A program made the translations under genes and the position numbers. This document shows, one piece after another, positions 10,331 to 19,362 of a stretch of 64,000 bases of DNA (position 1 is its first letter; each line of letters begins with the position of its first letter). Under the pieces are notes generated by a model that worked only from the letters and a program-made list of their open reading frames with translations, was not told the origin of the DNA and ran no database searches. Origin of the DNA: Candidatus Edwardsbacteria bacterium RifOxyA12_full_54_48 (GTDB lineage Bacteria; Edwardsbacteria; AC1; EtOH8); the NCBI GenBank assembly GCA_001777915.1, contig MFFN01000004.1, forward strand, positions 425,744 to 489,743. Direction: 5' to 3'.

Positions 10331-12535
10331 TTAGAAATACAGCAGGTATCTGGCTTTAATGGCTCCAATGATATACCTCTGGGTCATTTCGCCGTCGGGA
10401 TTTGAACCGTAATCAAGTGAATTGTAATCGTTCAAAGCCACGTACAGCCAACTTTTTGGGGAGAAGTTCCAGGAATATAAAAGCCCAAAACGATCCGAAT
10501 AAAGACGGGTCTTTTCGAAATTGCTTTCCGGGGTGGTGCCTACCATCTCGTTGAATACCGAAAGCGTCATTTTGGCGGTTATCCGGTAATCCATCCTGGG
10601 GCGGAATATAGGAGTCATGGCTACGATCTCTTTGCCGGGATCCCATTCGACCCATAACATAGAAGTCAGGGTGGTGCTTAAGGGCGAGATGATGGAATAA
10701 CTGAATGTCAGCCAGTTCGACCCCTGGTATGCCAGGTAGTTCCTGGCGTAATTGTAACTGTAATTGTAATCGCAGCCCCCGTTGATGTTGTTCCCCATCA
10801 AAAAGCCCCAGAAATTGAAACTCATGTCGCGGCTGATATAGTTTATGCATTCTTCCCTGCCAACAAAGGGATTGTAGATCAATTCGTAATTTCTTCCATA
10901 ATTCAACTCAAGATTTGCCCCCCAGTTATTCCTCCAGTTTGGATTGATGGAAAAATAACCGGCGGTGGACCATTCGGGACAGCCCGGCTCCCGCACCCGG
11001 GCGATGCCCGGCGCGATGTAAAGATTACGCAGCGATGCTTGCCGGAACGTCCAAAAAGGTCCTCCGATGAACAACGCCCTCTGTCTGCCGGTCCAGGGGA
11101 CGTAGCCGATACCCTCTACGGAGAATGAGTCATCCACCGCCTCATATGCCGACATGATCAAGAACTTGTCGATGAATCCGCGGAAGCCGGTGCTTACCGC
11201 CATCCCCTTTTTACCCGACTCGTCGCTGTAGGCACCCTGCAGGATCAACTGGTTTGGTCCTTTGCGCAAAGAGGCATCCAGCCCTGCGGCGTAGTTGTAT
11301 TCGTCCGCATTGGCAGACATGCCGCTAAACAGCAATCCTATATCAGAGTTGTTTAATACCCTTCTGGTCGCCCTCAAAACTCCGAATTTCCTTTCCGGCT
11401 CTGTCAGCGGCAGACCCCGATAGGAATAATCATATTTCTCGGTATACGCCGCCAGAGCCCCAATATTCCAGCCTTCGGTTTTGTGGGTCACCTTCAATCC
11501 TCCGATGATCGGCACCGCACCGCCGTCGATGGACTTCCCCACCCGGCGGGAATAAAAAATATTGAGCGGCTGAAAGAAACCGCTGCCCTGGAATTCCGAA
11601 AAGCGGAATATCTCCCGCCCCTCCACAAAGAACGGCCGTTGCTCCTGCAGATAGGTGGGATAGCGGGAAAGGTTGACCGAGGACGGGTCCGATTCTATCT
11701 GGGCAAAATCGGGGTAGGCCGTGGCATTGATGCTGGTCTGCGGGGTCAGGTCCCATTTGGCGGTCAGGCTGCCGTTTACCTTCCTGGCAGTTGTTCTTCC
11801 CTTAAAATCCTCATAGCGTAAAAACCCTTCGGGATACAGCTCGAAATAATATCCCGAAGACCGGGGGTTGATGTTCTGGGCCACCCCCCATCGAGACACC
11901 AGATCGTCGTCCTTTTGGGTAACCTCGGTCCAGTAATCATCCTCGCGATTGGTGGCGATGTGCCGGGCGAACTGAACGCCCCAATTCATCAAGCCCTTTT
12001 TATAGCGCAATGTCTTGAAGGGGATCTTCATCTCCACCTCCATCCGGTCGGGATACATCTTAACCGAGTTGTACCAGACCCCCTCCCAGGAAAGGTCCTG
12101 GCTGCGTCCGTCGTCCATGATCAGCCCGTCCCAGAAAAGGCCGCTGCCGAAAACCAAAAAGAAATACCCGCCGGTCCGGCTGCCGAAAGGATCTATCTTG
12201 ATGGTCACATAGTCCTCATCCTTGGTGAAGCAGGCCACCGGGGGATTTTTGTCTGCATGGCAGCGAAAGGCCACATATAGATTTTCGGCATCCTGAAGCA
12301 GGTAGACCACCGTCCGCTCGGTCGGAGCGGTCTTTTCATATGGGGTATGCTGGATGAAATTGATTGCTGAATCGCCCGATAGCCAAAGATCCTCAATTAT
12401 GCCATCGATTTTCGGCTCAATATCCGTTTGGGTAATATTGACGCTTTTTTGTGGTCTGTTTTCTTCCTCTTGGGCCCGAGCGGCCATGGATGATATTACT
12501 AGGAAGAAAAACAGTAAAAAAACATGCTTTTTCAT
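10331..12535 (-). CDS. Outer-membrane protein with CBM9-like N-terminus and DUF5916 domain
   Basis: PKIDGIIEDLW...EMKIPFKTLRY...NATAYPDFAQIESD...EQRPFFVEG...FYSRRVG; C-terminal aromatic residue. Confidence 0.8.
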   Translation of the reverse strand: MKKHVFLLFFFLVISSMAARAQEEENRPQKSVNITQTDIEPKIDGIIEDLWLSGDSAINFIQHTPYEKTAPTERTVVYLLQDAENLYVAFRCHADKNPPVACFTKDEDYVTIKIDPFGSRTGGYFFLVFGSGLFWDGLIMDDGRSQDLSWEGVWYNSVKMYPDRMEVEMKIPFKTLRYKKGLMNWGVQFARHIATNREDDYWTEVTQKDDDLVSRWGVAQNINPRSSGYYFELYPEGFLRYEDFKGRTTARKVNGSLTAKWDLTPQTSINATAYPDFAQIESDPSSVNLSRYPTYLQEQRPFFVEGREIFRFSEFQGSGFFQPLNIFYSRRVGKSIDGGAVPIIGGLKVTHKTEGWNIGALAAYTEKYDYSYRGLPLTEPERKFGVLRATRRVLNNSDIGLLFSGMSANADEYNYAAGLDASLRKGPNQLILQGAYSDESGKKGMAVSTGFRGFIDKFLIMSAYEAVDDSFSVEGIGYVPWTGRQRALFIGGPFWTFRQASLRNLYIAPGIARVREPGCPEWSTAGYFSINPNWRNNWGANLELNYGRNYELIYNPFVGREECINYISRDMSFNFWGFLMGNNINGGCDYNYSYNYARNYLAYQGSNWLTFSYSIISPLSTTLTSMLWVEWDPGKEIVAMTPIFRPRMDYRITAKMTLSVFNEMVGTTPESNFEKTRLYSDRFGLLYSWNFSPKSWLYVALNDYNSLDYGSNPDGEMTQRYIIGAIKARYLLYF

Positions 12536-12663
12536 GATTGCTCCATAATGTAATATTATTGAATATACGCAAACTACTTAAAATTAAGCTATAATGTTTC
12601 AATAAAGAAGGGTCAATAACTGCTTGTTTACATGATATTTAACAACATTACACCTTTTAAATA

Positions 12664-13908
12664 TTATTTTTTCTTTTCCAGAAATATTTTCATGGAATCA
12701 AAGTTAAAAGTTAGACGATATGGCCGAAAAAACCCATGGGAAATGATCCCCCCTATCAGAAACCCAAACCGGCTCTCAAAACCTGGCGGAAGCGCTCCGA
12801 ACAAACCGCGAACATCCCTTTCCTCGATATTTCCCAAAGTCAGCCGATCCACCGTAAAGGGGCGTACCTGTACTTCTCCTCCGCCCCCCATGCCCTCTTT
12901 GGCTTCGCCCAGCTTGATACCGGCCGTTTTAATGGTGGCCTCGGTAGCAGTGAAACCCCCTCCGGCCAGTCCGGTGTCGATGAAAAAAAGCTGGGGTTGG
13001 CCGCTGTTGACTGTCCCCCAAGCCACCATTATATGGTCTCCGGCCATCCAAAAAGGCAGGCCTCCGCTAATAGACACTGCCGTGGCTTCTCCGGAGTTGC
13101 GACGGGCTAGGACCAGTTTTCCTCCCGGATAATCCAAGGTAAAATTGAAATGGTATAGGAAACATGTACCCACTACCCCCCGAACAGGTTGTTGAAACAT
13201 CTGGGCTGCCCGTTTGGGGGCCTGGCTAATGTTAATGGGAACATTGCGAACGATAAATGATCCAGCTTTGACGCTATCCAGTATCCCATGATAGGTAGCA
13301 GCGGTTTTCCCACCTGCAAACGTAGCGGTCTGCGTACCCAGGAATTTTATTCCAAGGTCTTTCGCTAATTCTTCATCTATGCTCAGTTCCCAGCCGCCGG
13401 TGTCGATCAGGAACATCGTCTCTCTGCCGTTGACCGTGAGCATAATCAAAGGCAGGGGATCAGTCTGGACGAACGGCAGTTCGGTCACTATGGCCGCACT
13501 TTCGATGAGGTACGGCGTTCTATCTTTGAATGCCTGCAGTTTGTCGGCTTTGGCCATCTGGCCGGCCTCGGCGAATAGCGACCCGGCTTCGGCGAAGCGG
13601 TCCTGGCGGTAATAGGTTTCCGATAGCAGGCCGATGGTCTTGACACGAACAGAACTGTCTGTCAGGGCTTTCTTTAAATGCGTCTCTGCCTTGCTGAAAC
13701 GGTTGCCGTAAAGGGCAATCTGTCCTAGCATTAGGTTGGCATAGACATTGTTCGAATCCTTTTTCAGTATCCGGTTATAATATGCCTCAGCTTCAGGGAA
13801 TAACCCTTGATAAAATAAATTATCCGCTTTTCCCATTGCATCTTCGGCTTTTCCGTTGTTAGCCAAACCAAGTATGGCTATCATAAATACGATGATTGTA
13901 TATTTCAT
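12664..13908 (-). CDS. Secreted TPR protein with two retropepsin-like aspartyl protease domains
   Basis: Signal peptide, TPRs, FLIDTGG...GVVG and FFIDTGL...GIIS motifs. Confidence 0.85.
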   Translation of the reverse strand: MKYTIIVFMIAILGLANNGKAEDAMGKADNLFYQGLFPEAEAYYNRILKKDSNNVYANLMLGQIALYGNRFSKAETHLKKALTDSSVRVKTIGLLSETYYRQDRFAEAGSLFAEAGQMAKADKLQAFKDRTPYLIESAAIVTELPFVQTDPLPLIMLTVNGRETMFLIDTGGWELSIDEELAKDLGIKFLGTQTATFAGGKTAATYHGILDSVKAGSFIVRNVPINISQAPKRAAQMFQQPVRGVVGTCFLYHFNFTLDYPGGKLVLARRNSGEATAVSISGGLPFWMAGDHIMVAWGTVNSGQPQLFFIDTGLAGGGFTATEATIKTAGIKLGEAKEGMGGGGEVQVRPFTVDRLTLGNIEERDVRGLFGALPPGFESRFGFLIGGIISHGFFRPYRLTFNFDSMKIFLEKKK

Positions 13909-13967
13909 GCTAACCTCACTTGTTTGAGTTTAAAATTGACGGGATCCTCCTATACAGCCAGTGCTCG

Positions 13968-15287
13968 CTATTTCCGCAGACACCGCACAGTGTCTCCGAC
14001 GGAACGGATCAGGGTGAACCCGTCGACCCTGCCGTCCAGGCCGGTGGTGAAGCTGACCGAGCTGCCAGTCTGTTCGATCACGAAGCTCCGGTCAGAGGCT
14101 GGTACCAGACGCATCTTGGGGCCGTTCTCGCGCTGGAAGAATAGTTGCCCCCCGTCAGCGGAGATGACCCGGATGCCATACTTTCCGGGATACGAGTCAA
14201 GCATGGCGGAGGATGGTTTGAGGTTTCGCGCTTCTGCCCGCTTGACCGCTGCCAGGTTGTCGTATTCAAAGCGTTCGGCGGATGATGGTGCAGTCCGGGC
14301 CAGGGTGTCTAGGGCCATCAGATAAGCGACCTCTAAAGCGCTGTCGGCCGGCACTGGGACATGAGGCTGAACCCCGGTTCCCTCCCAGTTCTTTTTGGAT
14401 ATTGGATTGATGGCCCGGCCGATCGACACTTTGAGAACGAAATGATCGTTAAGTATCTTGAAGTCGACCGGATGAGCGCCACCGCCGGTGGTCTGGCCGA
14501 CGATGGTGGCCCGCTTCAGCTCCCGCAGGTTGTTGGAGAACTCCTCGGCTCCCGAGAAAGTATAATCACTGGTCAGAATGTAGACCGGCACTTTGGCCAA
14601 ACGAGGCCCTGGAACCCAGGGCAGTATCCAATACTGCTGGGTAAGATTGGTGGGCCGGGTGTATAAGTCGTTCAGGTGGGCCTCACCCTCGAACAGGTAG
14701 GTGCTTATCAGCTGGATCATCTCGGGGTGGCCCCCGCCGTTTCGGCGCAGATCGAAGATGACCGCCTGGGCATTGGCCATAAAATTCATGGCCGACACCG
14801 CAGCCGCACCGGCTCCCGGCAGCTGGGGATTATCGAACATCCTGAAATCTATGTATCCAACGTTCCCCGGCATAAGTTCGACCTTTCGAAATCCGAAATT
14901 ATCGCGCTGATGGGACCGAATGACCTCCGGGAGGCTTTCACCATCCATGGTGTCGCAACGCATTTGGGCAATACGCTGCGGTCCGTATATCACCGCCAGA
15001 TGGCGGTCCTTGGTTACCGACCGCAGATCGTTGGTGAGTCGCGCGGCGAAATCCTCCGGGTTGGATAATCGATCGTAAGTGCCGGCATTAAGGTTCTTCC
15101 GCAGCAGTGCCGACATGGCCTTGGCCTTGTCGGGAAATACATAGTTATTCGCCAGCAGTTTGGAAACCGAGTCGACCACCGATTTTCTGATGGCCTTGTC
15201 AATAGCTGTCTGTGTTGCCGGCAGGGCCGGGGCCAGCACCGGGAATATTAAAGCGATCAAAATGGGGAAAAATATTTTTCGCATCAT
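13968..15287 (-). CDS. S41 family peptidase (IRBP-like), secreted
   Basis: GNVGYIDF, IFDLRRNGGG, TFSGAEEF, IVGQTTGGGAHP, WEGTGVQP. Confidence 0.92.
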   Translation of the reverse strand: MMRKIFFPILIALIFPVLAPALPATQTAIDKAIRKSVVDSVSKLLANNYVFPDKAKAMSALLRKNLNAGTYDRLSNPEDFAARLTNDLRSVTKDRHLAVIYGPQRIAQMRCDTMDGESLPEVIRSHQRDNFGFRKVELMPGNVGYIDFRMFDNPQLPGAGAAAVSAMNFMANAQAVIFDLRRNGGGHPEMIQLISTYLFEGEAHLNDLYTRPTNLTQQYWILPWVPGPRLAKVPVYILTSDYTFSGAEEFSNNLRELKRATIVGQTTGGGAHPVDFKILNDHFVLKVSIGRAINPISKKNWEGTGVQPHVPVPADSALEVAYLMALDTLARTAPSSAERFEYDNLAAVKRAEARNLKPSSAMLDSYPGKYGIRVISADGGQLFFQRENGPKMRLVPASDRSFVIEQTGSSVSFTTGLDGRVDGFTLIRSVGDTVRCLRK

Positions 15288-15310
15288 GTTTGTTGCTCCT
15301 TCGATTGTGA

Positions 15311-16264
15311 TTATTTTAGGGTGAGGGTCAATACGATCGTTGACCGCTGATAGTCGCCACTATGGTCGTTTCCGGAATATTTGAAGCCCAGGCTGCGGTA
15401 CAGCCGATTAGCCGAGTCCAATCTGGGATTTGTCCGGACCAGCAATATTTTTGCCTTTAGGGCCGTAGATTCTTTGATCGCGGCCAAGACCAGTTTTTTG
15501 CCCACCATTCTTCCCCGGAATTCCGGGGCTACCGCCAATTTGGCCAGCTCGTATTTACCTTTTCCTTTATTTATAAGGGCCACGGTGCCAATTGCTTTTC
15601 CGCCAATGACGGCAAACAATATTTTTCCTCCGGGCTTGATGATATTGGCCTCTGGGTGCAACAACATCCTTTCATCAGCCGGCTCAACGGTGAAGTATTC
15701 CTCCAACCATTGCTTGTTCAACTGGTAAAATGGTTCTTTAAATTTTTTTTTGAATTCAACGATATCGACCTCCTTATACTGGCGGCTTTTTATTTTATTC
15801 GCCACCCGTTGATACATGCTTTTATCTTCCAAGGCATCCTCTATCTGGCCGATCATTTGCAGAAAATTACAATCCAGTTCGCCCAGCAATTCAGAGGTGC
15901 TTGTTTCAATGACCTTCCACAACGGTTTTATAGATGGCATCAGGGCCCGGCCTTTTTCGGTTAAGGATATCAGTCTTTTCCTCTTGTCCTTTGGGTCGCT
16001 TTTCGAATCAACCAGTCCCGACCCGGCCATCTCGGCCGCCAGCTGGTTTACCGCCGGATAGGTGATCCCAACCGCTTTGGCCAGTTCGGTGACCGACATG
16101 GCCTTCTGTTGCGAGAGCTGGAAGAATATCAGGAACCATTTGGGTTCGAAGTCAAACCCCTGTTCCTTATATATCCGTCCCACATCTTGCATCAGGCTTT
16201 CACTCAGCCTTTTTATTCGGCTGGCAGTCGCCAGCTCCCCCAGTTTTCTGATAAGCTCGGTCAT
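15311..16264 (-). CDS. MarR-type HTH regulator fused to a GNAT acetyltransferase
   Basis: LATASRIKRLSE...DPKDKRKRLISLT (MarR); YELAKLAVAPEFRGRMVG...LYRSLGF (GNAT); start moved to the ATG with RBS GAGGGG. Confidence 0.9.
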   Translation of the reverse strand: MTELIRKLGELATASRIKRLSESLMQDVGRIYKEQGFDFEPKWFLIFFQLSQQKAMSVTELAKAVGITYPAVNQLAAEMAGSGLVDSKSDPKDKRKRLISLTEKGRALMPSIKPLWKVIETSTSELLGELDCNFLQMIGQIEDALEDKSMYQRVANKIKSRQYKEVDIVEFKKKFKEPFYQLNKQWLEEYFTVEPADERMLLHPEANIIKPGGKILFAVIGGKAIGTVALINKGKGKYELAKLAVAPEFRGRMVGKKLVLAAIKESTALKAKILLVRTNPRLDSANRLYRSLGFKYSGNDHSGDYQRSTIVLTLTLK

Positions 16265-16292
16265 ATTCCCCTCAATAAAAAGTAACATAATG

Positions 16293-16337
16293 TGTAAGTG
16301 CTTACATAAATATATATAAAAAAATTGCTTTTGTCAA
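16293..16337 (-). promoter_or_regulatory. Sigma70 promoter with overlapping palindromic operator
   Basis: Minus strand TTGACA-17-TATATT (16337-16309) and inverted repeat TGTAAG-TG-CTTACA (16293-16306) at the predicted start site. Confidence 0.7.
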
Positions 16338-16345
16338 GAGAAAAA

Positions 16346-17075
16346 TTAAAATCTTTTATATGCCGGATTACCAAAATCCAAGTATCGTTTAAGATATTGC
16401 CTGTATTCCTCTATCGAGAACCAGCCTGCCCTTCCATTCTCGGCCCTGCCCTTTTCCAGATGAAATTGCTGGGCCGGCATAAAGCTGTAACCTATAAGAT
16501 AGAGCCGCCCCCCCCCTACCATCACGGCAAACATCCATCACCACCGAAACATGGCCCACCCCGCCGGTTTGATTTTGCACCAGCATGTCCCCTGGCCGCA
16601 AATCTTTCTCCTCAACCGATCGGCAACCCTTTTTCAACGAATAGGAATTTGCGTTGTCCATGGTCCATTTTAGAAATCCCTTATATGGCTGGCCGCTATC
16701 CCGGTAATAACGGCGCTTTCCGTTATAATCAAAAAGATAGAGCTGTTCCAGCCTTCCGGTCTGTTTAAAATACTCCGCCCGGAACCTGAAGCACCAGTCT
16801 GCGCACTGCTCCAGGTCCCGGCTGAACAGCATTGGCATATCAACCACTGCCAGAACGCTGTAACGAGGCGAAATGACCGGCTTCCCGTCGCACCCCAATA
16901 TAACATTATCATCTTTTATCGGAAGCCTCTGGATCCAGCCAGAATACGAGCTGTCGGCATATTCCACCCGCGCATATCCGGAGGGAATTGGTATATCTTT
17001 TAGGACCCTTGCTTGGCAGATAGCGGGCACTATAAGCAACGCCCCCATTTTTATCGCGTATTTTAAACTTTTCAT
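16346..17075 (-). pseudogene. DUF4846-like secreted protein, frameshifted at a G9 tract
   Basis: DLEQCADWCFRFRAEY and RPGDMLVQ...GHVSVVMD in one frame; the expected C-terminal LIGYSFMPAQQFH is in another frame after C9 at 16508-16516. Confidence 0.75.
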
Positions 17076-17101
17076 ATATCGATCATTGTTATAAATCAAG
17101 A

Positions 17102-17123
17102 GCGAAGACCTTGCGGTCTTCGC
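17102..17123 (-). terminator. Hairpin/terminator after ilvE
   Basis: GCGAAGACC-TTGC-GGTCTTCGC. Confidence 0.6.
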
Positions 17124-17143
17124 CCGTTTTGTGGCTTATTCAA

Positions 17144-18214
17144 TTACTTTACCCTGTAAACCCAACCGTATTTATCCTCTTTCTCTCCATATTGTATTCC
17201 GGTCATGGTATCGAAGATTTTTTTTGCCCACGGCCCTGTCTCTTGTGAGATGACATATTCCTTGTCTTTATAATTGATCCTGCCCACCGGGCTTATCACC
17301 GCCGCGGTGCCGGCGCCAAAAGCCTCGGTGACTTTTTTACTATTGATGCCATCCATCAGCTCATCGATCGGGATCTGCCTTTCCTCGGGAACGATCCCCA
17401 GGTCTTCAGCTATCTGAAGCACCGATTTGCGGGTGATGCCCTGCAGGATGCTTCCGGAGAGTTTTGGAGTTACCAGCTTGTTGTCGATTACGAAAAAAAT
17501 ATTCATGGCCCCCACTTCTTCGATATATTTGTGCTCCACAGCGTCCAGCCACAGTACCTGGCTGCAACCCTTGTCCTTGGCAATTTTGGAAGCCAGCAGG
17601 GTGCCGGCATAATTCCCGCCGGTCTTGGCCTCGCCGGTACCCCCCTGGGCTGCCCTGGTGTAGCTGTCGCTGACCCACAGCCCCACCGGGTTGAAACCCT
17701 CCTGAAAATATGGCCCCACCGGAGAAAGGATGATGAAGAAAAGATACCGGTCGGCGGGCTTCACCCCCAAAGCGGCCTCGGTGCCGATGACAGCCGGGCG
17801 GATATATAAAGAGGCCCCCACGGCCTTGGGGATCCACCGTTCCTCAAGCCTGAGCAGCTCGCCTTCGGCCTGCAGAAAAATCTCCTCTGGGATTTCCGGC
17901 ATGCACATTCTTTTAAGGGAGTGGTTAATGCGCCGGGCGTTTTCCTGTGGTCGAAACAATAGAATCTCATCCTTGGGGGACTTATAGGCCTTTTGTCCTT
18001 CGAAAACCTCCTGGCTATAGTGAAGAACATTGGCGGCGGGATCAAGCAGCAAGGGCTGATAGGGTTTTATCTCGGCATTGTGCCAGCCCTTATCAACAGT
18101 ATGTTCCATGGTGAACATGTAATCGGTGAAATTTCTTCCGAAAACCAGTTTTAGAGGATCTTGAAATAAGGGTTTCAGCTTATCTACCGATAACAGCGTC
18201 TTTTTGATATCCAT
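17144..18214 (-). CDS. ilvE: Branched-chain amino acid aminotransferase
   Basis: LHYSQEVFEGQKAY, LYIRP, AKTGGNYA (PLP lysine), EEVGAMNIFF, ILQGITR, GTAAVISP. Confidence 0.96.
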   Translation of the reverse strand: MDIKKTLLSVDKLKPLFQDPLKLVFGRNFTDYMFTMEHTVDKGWHNAEIKPYQPLLLDPAANVLHYSQEVFEGQKAYKSPKDEILLFRPQENARRINHSLKRMCMPEIPEEIFLQAEGELLRLEERWIPKAVGASLYIRPAVIGTEAALGVKPADRYLFFIILSPVGPYFQEGFNPVGLWVSDSYTRAAQGGTGEAKTGGNYAGTLLASKIAKDKGCSQVLWLDAVEHKYIEEVGAMNIFFVIDNKLVTPKLSGSILQGITRKSVLQIAEDLGIVPEERQIPIDELMDGINSKKVTEAFGAGTAAVISPVGRINYKDKEYVISQETGPWAKKIFDTMTGIQYGEKEDKYGWVYRVK

Positions 18215-18316
18215 CGCCCGCTCCCGTTTAATTAATGCATTAGGTACATATCATAGATTACCAGATGATGAAAAAAATTTCAAGTAAATAATTTGGTGAT
18301 ATCTTTAAAAACAATG

Positions 18317-18853
18317 CTATTGTTTTGCAACGAACTCAATGCCGCCAAAGACCACCGCTGCATGGATCAGCAGGTGCTTCTCTGCACTTTTGAAATTCTC
18401 TGTTTTATATGTGTATTGCCCGAAGGCCACCACATTGCCGTCCGGCAGGTGGGCCCCGCCAAAGGCCGAACTGGCGACGATCTTGGTGGGAATGGCGGGA
18501 TCGATCTTAATTACCGACCCGCCGAAGATGGTGTTGATATCCACCCTAACATTCTGATCCTTAAGCTCTATGCCAGAAAGATCGATCTCTCCCTTGCCAA
18601 AGACCACATCATACTTATCCGCGGCCGTGATAACTTCGATGGCCTTTTCCTCGAATACCGCCGATTTTTTGCTTTTGCTCCAAAAGGAGATCCCGGTCAG
18701 CATCTGAATGCCCAGATAGATCAGGGACAGGGCAAATATGGTCCTGAAGATGGGTATCTTTATCCCGAACACCACATTGATTATCACGCCCAAACCTATC
18801 AGGATAAGAACCACCCCCCAAAAGACGCCGGTAAAAATAAACCCCATTCTCAT
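18317..18853 (-). CDS. LiaF/DUF2154-like membrane protein
   Basis: Two N-terminal TM helices, then repeated VFG/IFG beta motifs (YDVVFGKGEIDL, INTIFGG, VVFGGIE). Confidence 0.7.
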   Translation of the reverse strand: MRMGFIFTGVFWGVVLILIGLGVIINVVFGIKIPIFRTIFALSLIYLGIQMLTGISFWSKSKKSAVFEEKAIEVITAADKYDVVFGKGEIDLSGIELKDQNVRVDINTIFGGSVIKIDPAIPTKIVASSAFGGAHLPDGNVVAFGQYTYKTENFKSAEKHLLIHAAVVFGGIEFVAKQ

Positions 18854-18909
18854 AACCTCCTCCTTATATTTAATAGATTATTTTTTTGATGCACGGCAAC
18901 CCTACCGGA

Positions 18910-18938
18910 ATTGTAAATCTCTTGCTGAAAAAAGTCAA
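18910..18938 (-). promoter_or_regulatory. Sigma70 promoter
   Basis: Minus strand TTGACT-17-TACAAT. Confidence 0.65.
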
Positions 18939-19036
18939 CGATAAAATATTTGGGGAATATCACCGTAAGCTGGGCAAATTTGCAACTGTTTTATAACTAT
19001 TAAAAAATAGTATTTGACGGGATTTGGGTTTGGGGC

Positions 19037-19052
19037 TGTTTCACGTGAAACA
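19037..19052. other. parS centromere site
   Basis: Perfect consensus palindrome TGTTTCACGTGAAACA. Confidence 0.95.
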
Positions 19053-19053
19053 A

Positions 19054-19087
19054 TAACTCCCCTGCGGCCTCGACCGCAGGGGAGTTA
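19054..19087. terminator. Strong hairpin between the parS sites, probable terminator of the minus-strand operon
   Basis: TAACTCCCCTGCGG-CCTCGA-CCGCAGGGGAGTTA. Confidence 0.7.
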
Positions 19088-19116
19088 AACGGCAATGATT
19101 TGTGTTGTCTGGGGAA

Positions 19117-19132
19117 TGTTTCACGTGAAACA
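19117..19132. other. parS centromere site
   Basis: Perfect TGTTTCACGTGAAACA; palindrome extends to 24 bp (19113-19136). Confidence 0.95.
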
Positions 19133-19152
19133 TTCCGTATTGGGGGGCCGGT

Positions 19153-19350
19153 TTATCTCTGCTCCGGGTTTTGCTCCCTTATGGCATACGCCAACTGTTG
19201 TCGGTTAATGCACCCCATCTCCACCAAGCACTCGCCGATCTTTTTTGAAGAATCGTTGATTTGTTTATATCTGGCCCGGATTATGTGTTCCACCGAGATG
19301 AATCCATGGGTCATCATTATTTCACCCAGCAGTTTTTTGTTCCTTTTCAT
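19153..19350 (-). CDS. Stand-alone MshEN-like protein (putative c-di-GMP receptor)
   Basis: Two 24-aa repeats, LLGEIMMTHGFISVEHIIRARYKQ and KIGECLVEMGCINRQQLAYAIREQ; RBS AAGGA. Confidence 0.7.
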   Translation of the reverse strand: MKRNKKLLGEIMMTHGFISVEHIIRARYKQINDSSKKIGECLVEMGCINRQQLAYAIREQNPEQR

Positions 19351-19362
19351 GGCTGCGTCCTT

